A stretch of DNA of 63,400 nucleotides, the filler included, from Stramenopiles sp. TOSAG23-2 (lineage: Eukaryota): assembly GCA_900128395.1 (NCBI GenBank). It is 8 parts of 8 records of this genome, joined end to end, with 100 filler letters (N's around TTAATTAATTAA, not from the genome) between each part and the next. Parts side by side here need not be neighbours in the genome. Positions count along the whole stretch, not along the records: positions 47,007 to 58,645 come from LT649913.1; positions 58,746 to 60,231 come from LT652810.1; positions 60,332 to 61,816 come from LT652811.1; positions 61,917 to 63,400 come from LT652812.1; 4 more parts are not named here. One strand, given 5' to 3'. Position numbers and translations under genes: made by a program. Positions 56,454-63,400 of the stretch are shown one piece after another. How positions within the stretch are numbered: the stretch's first letter is position 1; every line of letters begins with the position of its first letter. The notes beneath the pieces were generated by a model, which made no database searches, had not been told where the DNA came from, and was given only the letters and a program-made list of their open reading frames with translations.

Positions 56454-58301
56454 TTACTTGTTATATTCAATACGCAATTTACGAAAAGCTTCAAATATTT
56501 CTTTACCTGCTTCGGCATTTCTTTCTATTTTTGCTTTCTCATCTTCAAAATCATCATTTACTTTTTCCGCATTTACTAAAATTGTTGAATCGTCGATGAC
56601 AATATCTTCATTATGATTTGCTACGCCATCATATAAAGAATGTTCAGCATCATTAAATGCAGCACAGTGTGATCCACCACCGCATCGATCTATAATATCA
56701 TGTACACTTAAGGAAAAGAATTTAGACCCACTGATATTAAACCGTTCCACATACTCATGATATTTTCCATTCTCTAAACCTCTCATCCAATTTTTTAATT
56801 TGGATACATTCCATTTTAATGGGTTCTTTTTTTGACGATCTATAGCACCTGCGGACATCAATAAAATTTTCGGCGCGTGACGATACTTTTTCTTTATTCC
56901 TTTGTACAAATTATATTCCTTACCTTTAAATTTATTTAAAATCGAGCTAACAAGCTCCCGTGTAGCTTTTTTCGGACAATATTCCAAATAAAACAATTGT
57001 AAATGCTTAATCAATTCTTCCTCAGTCGCAACTCGATTTTGTAAATAAATATCTACACTCATCAACTCCTCCATATATTTAATCGTTGCATCGGTATGCA
57101 ACCGATCTTTCAGCAACGGAGAAACACATCCAATAAATACAGACAAATTCGAATGATTATTCGATGATGTAACGTTCTTCCCATCAGTATTATTATCAGA
57201 CGATTTTTTTTCATTATTATTACCAACAACAAATACTTTCTTCAATAATAATGTTAATTTGGAATTACGAAAGTTCAGATGCTTTTTTGGGTTGATAGAA
57301 TTCTTTTCAATTAAATCACGTACACACTGTTTTAGGGTTCCTAGCGACCAATTTATTTCTTGCATTTCTGCAATTCTTTCTAGTGAATGTTCCCTAACAT
57401 CTTTTTTACGTTCTGATCCAGCTAAATCAACAAATATTAATTTATTATTTGTATTTTTAAATAAGAATTGACATAATGCATGAGATCTAGAAGAATCAGG
57501 ATTATTTTTCGTTGGATGTGTTGCTCGAAGTTTTGATCCTTCCTTCACTATTTTCGATGCTTCTTCAATCGAATTGCAATCATGCCATTTTAAACCATTC
57601 ACGATAACATTTCCATTAGCATCTTCTTGTATTTTCATTTCATTTCTATTATTTGATAGATCAAAAACACGATCGCCACAATTCTCAAAGAAACTGATTG
57701 ATAAAATTTGATCTTTGCTTTTTTTTTCAAAAATATCCAAAAGTGCAAAAAAATACAAGCCAACTTGTGTAAACGTCTTGCCACCACCAGTTTGACCGTA
57801 GCATATAATCGTATTTTCAATATTTGTATTTTCTATATTTAAGATGTTATTTACCAACGGTTGGCATGTTTTTGTATAAAGATCATGGTTAGTGGAAAAT
57901 TCATTAAATGTACCATGAAAACGATATGGAATAGAGCGTAATTTGCCATTTTTCACTCCAAGTTTTTCATGTTCAGAGTGAATAAATGCAAATGGATCTA
58001 ACATTGTTAAAGTATCATAGTTCGTTTCTTCATTTAACATCTTTTCTTGTATTGTTTTCGTAAACATAGGACGTTTACGAATAAATACCCGTAACCCTCC
58101 AATATCTGTATCCATGGTATTGTTGTTGTTGTTATTATTATTATTATTATCTTCCTCTTTTACTAGGTTTGGATATAATGTTGAAATATTATTTCTCCAT
58201 TCACTTATTTTTTCCTCACCATGAAAGACATTATTTTGATTAAAATGAAAACTAAATGGTTTCTGGGCATCGCCCTTCCCATCTATTGCATTTGCTGACA
58301 T
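56454..58301 (-). CDS. Kinesin motor protein (kinesin-13-like) with C-terminal SAM-like region
   Basis: VFIRKRP, P-loop YGQTGGGKT, switch I NPDSSRSH, switch II DLAGSER, FRNSKLTLLLK; tail PLKWNVSKLKNW..ISGSKFFSLS. Confidence 0.9.
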   Translation of the reverse strand: MSANAIDGKGDAQKPFSFHFNQNNVFHGEEKISEWRNNISTLYPNLVKEEDNNNNNNNNNNTMDTDIGGLRVFIRKRPMFTKTIQEKMLNEETNYDTLTMLDPFAFIHSEHEKLGVKNGKLRSIPYRFHGTFNEFSTNHDLYTKTCQPLVNNILNIENTNIENTIICYGQTGGGKTFTQVGLYFFALLDIFEKKSKDQILSISFFENCGDRVFDLSNNRNEMKIQEDANGNVIVNGLKWHDCNSIEEASKIVKEGSKLRATHPTKNNPDSSRSHALCQFLFKNTNNKLIFVDLAGSERKKDVREHSLERIAEMQEINWSLGTLKQCVRDLIEKNSINPKKHLNFRNSKLTLLLKKVFVVGNNNEKKSSDNNTDGKNVTSSNNHSNLSVFIGCVSPLLKDRLHTDATIKYMEELMSVDIYLQNRVATEEELIKHLQLFYLEYCPKKATRELVSSILNKFKGKEYNLYKGIKKKYRHAPKILLMSAGAIDRQKKNPLKWNVSKLKNWMRGLENGKYHEYVERFNISGSKFFSLSVHDIIDRCGGGSHCAAFNDAEHSLYDGVANHNEDIVIDDSTILVNAEKVNDDFEDEKAKIERNAEAGKEIFEAFRKLRIEYNK

Positions 58302-58439
58302 GGATAATAATATATTACTTTCTCGCTCTTCTTATCTCTGATTGTTTTTTGTGTTTAGTTTAAATATCTATCCAATACATCTCAAAAAATTTTGTTGTTA
58401 TTTCTACTTTAACTTACATGCGAAATCAATATAATAATA

Positions 58440-58475
<36 letters not shown>

Positions 58476-58645
58476 GTATACGCTACTACCTGGACTAATA
58501 ATTTAAATAATTAATAATAACGTCCGCCGCCGACCGGCACGACCACCACCAGACCACACACACCAAAAGAAAAAATTATTTTATCAATAAATAATAATAA
58601 GAATTTTTCATATTACACCAATTACAAACATAAAAGTATATTTTG

Positions 58646-58745
58646 NNNNNNNNNNNNNNNNNNNNNNNNNNNNNNNNNNNNNNNNNNNNTTAATTAATTA
58701 ANNNNNNNNNNNNNNNNNNNNNNNNNNNNNNNNNNNNNNNNNNNN
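58646..58745. other. Artificial contig linker
   Basis: 100-nt N-run/TTAATTAATTAA/N-run. Confidence 0.99.
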
Positions 58746-59671
58746 AAAAAGAAAAAAAAAAGGTAAAAAAGGGCTAATAAACAATAGGGGAATATCATTA
58801 GCGTGTATTTATGAGTGTAAAATCTCCGATAAAATTAGACATTTATATCAATAGATTTTTTTGCATTTATCCTGTACGGGTTTCCGTACAGCCCATGCTG
58901 TGTCCATGTTGAAAAATGTGAGATTTATGCATTTAGCTCAAAATTATCGGTTTTCATCAAATATTTCGGTCAAAAAAACAATGCTATTCTCCTGTTATTT
59001 TAACTTTTAAGCAAACATGTGCCTGCCTTAAGCCGTAGGACTATGGAATCCCACGGGCTTTAAAGAAGAAGTGAAAAGATGAAAAGTGCAAAAAAAATCG
59101 CACAACAAATCCTGTGGAGGAAGACAAGATGCTATGCAGTGCTATTTTAATTTTTATAATTAGTAGTATTCTGATTACCCGTTTAAGTATACTTTACGAT
59201 ATTTTGAAAGGTATTTTAGTGATTTCCATTTTCACATTTTCAAGCAATTTCTCCTATAATATTTCCGCAAAAATGATTGATTTTTAACCTCATTTCATAC
59301 TTTCCAATCAAAATTTATAGTCTATCAAGTATAATATGTTAAAATAGCATTGAATAGGATTGTTTTTACATATAAAAACGTCTTTTGACACATTAAACGA
59401 CTGGCACGAAACAATAAGGTGCAAAAAGCTGGAAAGAATGAAGAAGGTGCAAAGAAAAAAAAGAAGAAATAAATGTATACATTAAACACAAATATTATTT
59501 GAACTATTATACTACCATATATAAATAGATGATAGACTTCTCTCTGTATATTTACATATATATGTACTATATATATAAACTCACTATATAATATACTTTG
59601 TTTGAATGTTTGTATACATATATATATATATACATATATACACACGCATACATATTTTTGTTTGAATTAGA

Positions 59672-60037
59672 ATGGCATCGACATATTCTCCAAGGTTAGG
59701 ACCTGCTGTATTAGGATTTGCGTTAAATTCACCGTCACCATTACGTACATCATCTTCGGCAACACGTAATAAATATAATAATAATGAAAGGAGAAAAAAA
59801 CAATTCATAGCATTACGTTTTTGGGGTAGGGTCATTATATTTTGTGCCATGTGTTTCTTTGTCTTTACTGTTTATTGTATTATTGTCTCTAAATTACTAC
59901 CGCCGTTAGGAAATCCGTTATTAGATTATTTAAAGACAGATAGGTATTATAGTATTTTATTTCCATTATTAATACCAACTGTTGTTTTTGCTATATATTT
60001 GAACTGGTTGAGTATGAAATTTTATCGGCATAATTAA
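59672..60037 (+). CDS. PIG-Y family small membrane protein (GPI-GlcNAc transferase subunit Y-like)
   Basis: SKLLP..GNPLLD.LK.DRYY..L.P and NWLSMKFYRHN C-terminus; two TM segments. Confidence 0.8.
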   Translation: MASTYSPRLGPAVLGFALNSPSPLRTSSSATRNKYNNNERRKKQFIALRFWGRVIIFCAMCFFVFTVYCIIVSKLLPPLGNPLLDYLKTDRYYSILFPLLIPTVVFAIYLNWLSMKFYRHN

Positions 60038-60231
60038 AAGTAGCGCGTATTATAATACGAATATATACAATATAAAAAAAGTACGATACTTTAAAATAAA
60101 ACCCTTCCCTCCCCCTTTTCTTGAAGCATGACATACGCGTAGAATCTCCTGGAGATATTTTACACATCATATATTTTATTCAAAATATTTTTACATTTCT
60201 TTATTGACGCCCACCAATAAGAGGTGGAGGT

Positions 60232-60331
60232 NNNNNNNNNNNNNNNNNNNNNNNNNNNNNNNNNNNNNNNNNNNNTTAATTAATTAANNNNNNNNNNNNN
60301 NNNNNNNNNNNNNNNNNNNNNNNNNNNNNNN
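60232..60331. other. Artificial contig linker
   Basis: 100-nt N-run/TTAATTAATTAA/N-run. Confidence 0.99.
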
Positions 60332-60394
60332 ATTTGTATTATATATTATATATACAGTATACTGTATATATTGGTAATAATAATAACAATAATA

Positions 60395-61816
60395 ATGCAT
60401 TTTTGTGTTTTTTTCTCTCAGCATTTCGTCATTTGCATTATATTATTATTTTCTTATATTCAAACTGTCGCTGGCCAGGGTAGAGGCCTTGGTAGAAAAT
60501 ATCAGGAAACCAGTGTACCACTTAATGTTAAATTGATGTCATCAACAGATGTTAAGTATAACTATAAAGAAAGACGATTGTTTAATAGAAGAAAAGGTGC
60601 TTCGTTCACTTTGAGAAGTCACTTTGCACATCATATATGTTATACTCTGGATGGTTCAACTCCTGGTTGTCACGATAAAAGTACTAATGATAACTCAAAA
60701 GTCCATTGTAAAGTTGTTTTTGCCGGAAACGAGAAACATGATGCATATACGAATGGCAAAAAGGAATGGCGTCACGGTGACGAGTGTAAACGCAGTCACA
60801 TTAATGCAAACGGTGCATGGTGCGCAAGTCACAAAAAACAACAAGAACATTTACGAATAGATACAAAAAAGAGACAGGATATCGTCGGTTACGCCATACA
60901 ACCAAGAAATAAACATGACCAAGCGACTTATAAAGTTCAAATTGATGCTTGCGACGATGGTTCTGCGCAAACATGCAACGATAACAACATGTGGTTTACC
61001 GTTGATGATGGAAAAAAATACAACGGAAATATGCCAAGAGGTACAACAAACTATTGGTTATTTCCAAAGGCTGTAAAAGCACGATATTTTAGAATTTGGC
61101 CTCGAATGTGGAGAAGCCATCCTAGTTTAAGAATAAATATGTTAAATAAGGTTGAAGGAACGCCTGCAATCGTTGATAAAATTAACTACAATGTTAGTAT
61201 TCAATTACCAGATGATAGTTCAACACGGGATTATGCTGTAAAAGCTATCGGGTGCGATGGTAATTATGGCAAGTCTCCTGATGTCAAGACATTTGATTTG
61301 AAAATAAATTATCCTTATGATAGCGATAATGCATCATTTGTTATTCCTAATAATCTACCGTTATTTAATTCAATATTTAATAATCTTGGGCATCGCCTCT
61401 TTCATTGTCTCGATGGAAGTGGCGGTGGATGTTTTGATACCATAACACATTATGATGCAATTATGAGTGCCGCTGGATTCTTAGCGTACCCTCAAAATTA
61501 TGACGGTTTTAAAGAATATTGTAGTTCTTGGTCTGCTAATGGTGGAGTCTTTCATGGGGGAAGGGGTCCATGTTTAGACACCCCTATGCCATTTCCTAAA
61601 GGGGGTGATATTTCTGTAGATATACATGGTAATTTGTAAGTAATATGTTCACCTTTTCATTTATTATACATCATCTATATTGAGTCAAAAAAATATATTT
61701 TTACTAACATCATTTGCCCTATCCCTGTCATACGATTAAATAATAGTATTTGTTACACATCAACAATTGATTTAAAACGAAATGTAGGAAGTATTCCACC
61801 CCCACCGGAATCTCCT
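60395..61816 (+). CDS. Secreted protein with CHB_HEX_C/FN3-associated and F5/8 type C (discoidin) domains; intron 61636..61746; 3'-partial
   Basis: Signal peptide; ICYTLDGSTP ... VKAIGC; GAWCA, HLRID, FPKAVKARYFRIWP..W...PSLR; intron GTAAGT..TACTAAC(61702)..TAG continues in frame as FICYTSTIDL to the contig end. Confidence 0.8.
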
Positions 61817-61916
61817 NNNNNNNNNNNNNNNNNNNNNNNNNNNNNNNNNNNNNNNNNNNNTTAATTAATTAANNNNNNNNNNNNNNNNNNNNNNNNNNNN
61901 NNNNNNNNNNNNNNNN
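61817..61916. other. Artificial contig linker
   Basis: 100-nt N-run/TTAATTAATTAA/N-run. Confidence 0.99.
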
Positions 61917-63398
61917 AAATTGATCCAAACCACGTATATCTGTTAATGCCTTAACAATCGTAGAAATATTTCTCCATTTACCTAATATGGATTGAAGCGC
62001 ATAGGCATCATATTCAAGGTGATTGAATTCATTAACGCAGTCTGAACTCGTTATACCAACTTTTACGGCTGCAAAGCGGACTGCAGAATCTTCTTCGAAC
62101 CACTTTGAATTTATTTTCTGTTGTATACTTGATGAAAGGTTTGTTTCACTTGCCATCATCATTTCAACCTTGTGTAACCAACCCATTTTACGCCAAATCG
62201 ATCGAATATCATCCAGAAATTGATTCCATCGCTTTTGCCTATCAACGATCATATGGTCTAACAACTCTATTTCTAATTGTAACGCATTTTGCACATTCAT
62301 TATAGACTTATAAACTCCATGCCATCGCCTTCGCCTATCCGCGATCATATGGTCTAACAACTCTATTTCTAATTGTAACGCATTTTGCACATTCATTATA
62401 GACTTATTATTTGTTGTACTTGCTGTGTTTTCAATTTTCAGCAGCTGTTTTTTGTTGTTGTACATTTTGAGTAAATCATTTACTGTTACTTCGAGCTCCG
62501 CATATTCCGTTTGCAACTTTGCAAATGCCTCACGTAATGCTATAGTTGTTGCGTTATCCATGTCTTGTATAAAGTTCATGTCTTTCTCTAATGCAGCACT
62601 CAATTGGATAATATTACGCTTCAAGTAAATAATTTCATTTTGTTTTGCCTCGATTTTTACTTTATTTGCAAAATTCAAAAATGTTGATAGTTTTTCTGTT
62701 TTTATATTGTTATTATTACTTAAAGCTAACATAACATCATCAATTTTGGCATTTAATGCATCACTATCATTGCCAATTAATGTCAGTGTCCTAGAATCTA
62801 AGCATATACCAGTCACAAAATATCGCTGCTTCGTTTTTTTAAGTAACACTATATCATCCTTCATATACCCACGCATTTTTAAATCATCTGCAAATGTAGC
62901 AATGACAACATTTAGTTTTTCTACTTTAATATTTGATACATTCAAAGGATTGTCATTCAATAAACGTACTGGCAAGTTGAAGCGTATTCTCAATATGTCT
63001 TCAACTATCTTTATGTTTTTATCAATGTGCAATTCGTTTTCACAAATTTGTGATTCCAATTTACTGTGCGTTTCTAAAACATCATCAAAATCGATATCAT
63101 TACAACATGCCAACATGGCCGAATAATGATTTCCATATTTGTTGTATTTAATGTATATAGTGTTTGTTTGATACTCTGGAAGAGCATTTGATCGTTCCGT
63201 TTTACCATCGCTCGTTATTCGTTCCCACAAGCTGTCTTTGCAATTGTAAACACAAATCTGAATGTCTCCTCTCATTTTTTTTGCAACTAAGATGAGTTCT
63301 TCGTGATTACCCCATTCTTCATTTTTTAATTCTGCAATTCGTGTTTTAATAGATGTACTAGAATTTTTAACTGCATTTGCATAGGCATCTTCATTTTG
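61917..63398 (-). CDS. Partial protein (open at both ends): C-terminal half of an OTU-like cysteine protease domain plus coiled coil
   Basis: Frame is open upstream of the listed ATG: ...ELKNEEWGNHEELILVAKK; followed by IQICVY and IYIKYNKYGNHYSA (OTU WG and HY motifs). Confidence 0.65.
62226..62407. repeat. In-frame 96-bp (32-aa) diverged internal duplication
   Basis: 62226-62311 vs 62322-62407; KSIMNVQNALQLEIELLDHMI(A/V)DR..RW twice. Confidence 0.92.
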
Positions 63399-63400
63399 AT

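Noticed and set aside
58872-59060. Short hairpins (ctgtacgg/ccgtacag; aagccgtagga/tcccacgggctt) as snRNA or tRNA
   Set aside because: No cloverleaf, Sm site or recognisable family motif; stems are short enough to be chance
11662-61916. Seven identical TTAATTAATTAA palindromes within N runs
   Set aside because: Fixed 100-nt artificial linkers between size-ordered contigs; not biological

Overview
AT-rich, gene-dense, intron-poor eukaryotic nuclear DNA. It is most likely from a flagellated protist (DRC10/IQCD, PPIL6-type cyclophilin, OFD1, CCDC162-like); a stramenopile affinity is my inference. The window is not one locus. It holds eight contigs joined by seven artificial 100-nt N-TTAATTAATTAA-N linkers (11661, 11657, 11648, 11640, 11639, 1486, 1485, 1484 bp, in descending size), so adjacency across linkers means nothing. 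About 28 protein genes are supported, including Hip/ST13, Ran, mitochondrial ATP synthase b, an INPP4-type phosphatase, a kinesin, a peroxisomal-type carrier, a MAPEG protein and a PIG-Y-like protein. Several GT-AG introns and exons absent from the ORF track were reconstructed. Best candidate for a new system: a minus-strand gene (42437-44037) that joins an F-box, a Cullin-1 N-terminal repeat and a frameshifted, stop-riddled Skp1 copy, i.e. three SCF components in one gene with no Rbx1/neddylation half. Other unusual architectures are an MFS transporter-Ppx/GppA fusion, an M20 carbamoylase-amidase fusion, and a PH-PH-C2-INPP4 with two GYF inserts whose gene is interrupted by an ATP synthase b ORF between 55-bp direct repeats. 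Many 100-210 bp duplications and an inverted 55-bp contig start suggest whole-genome-amplification or assembly artefacts. No rRNA, tRNA, CRISPR array or transposase was recognised. All family assignments come from motif recognition by eye; no database searches were run.
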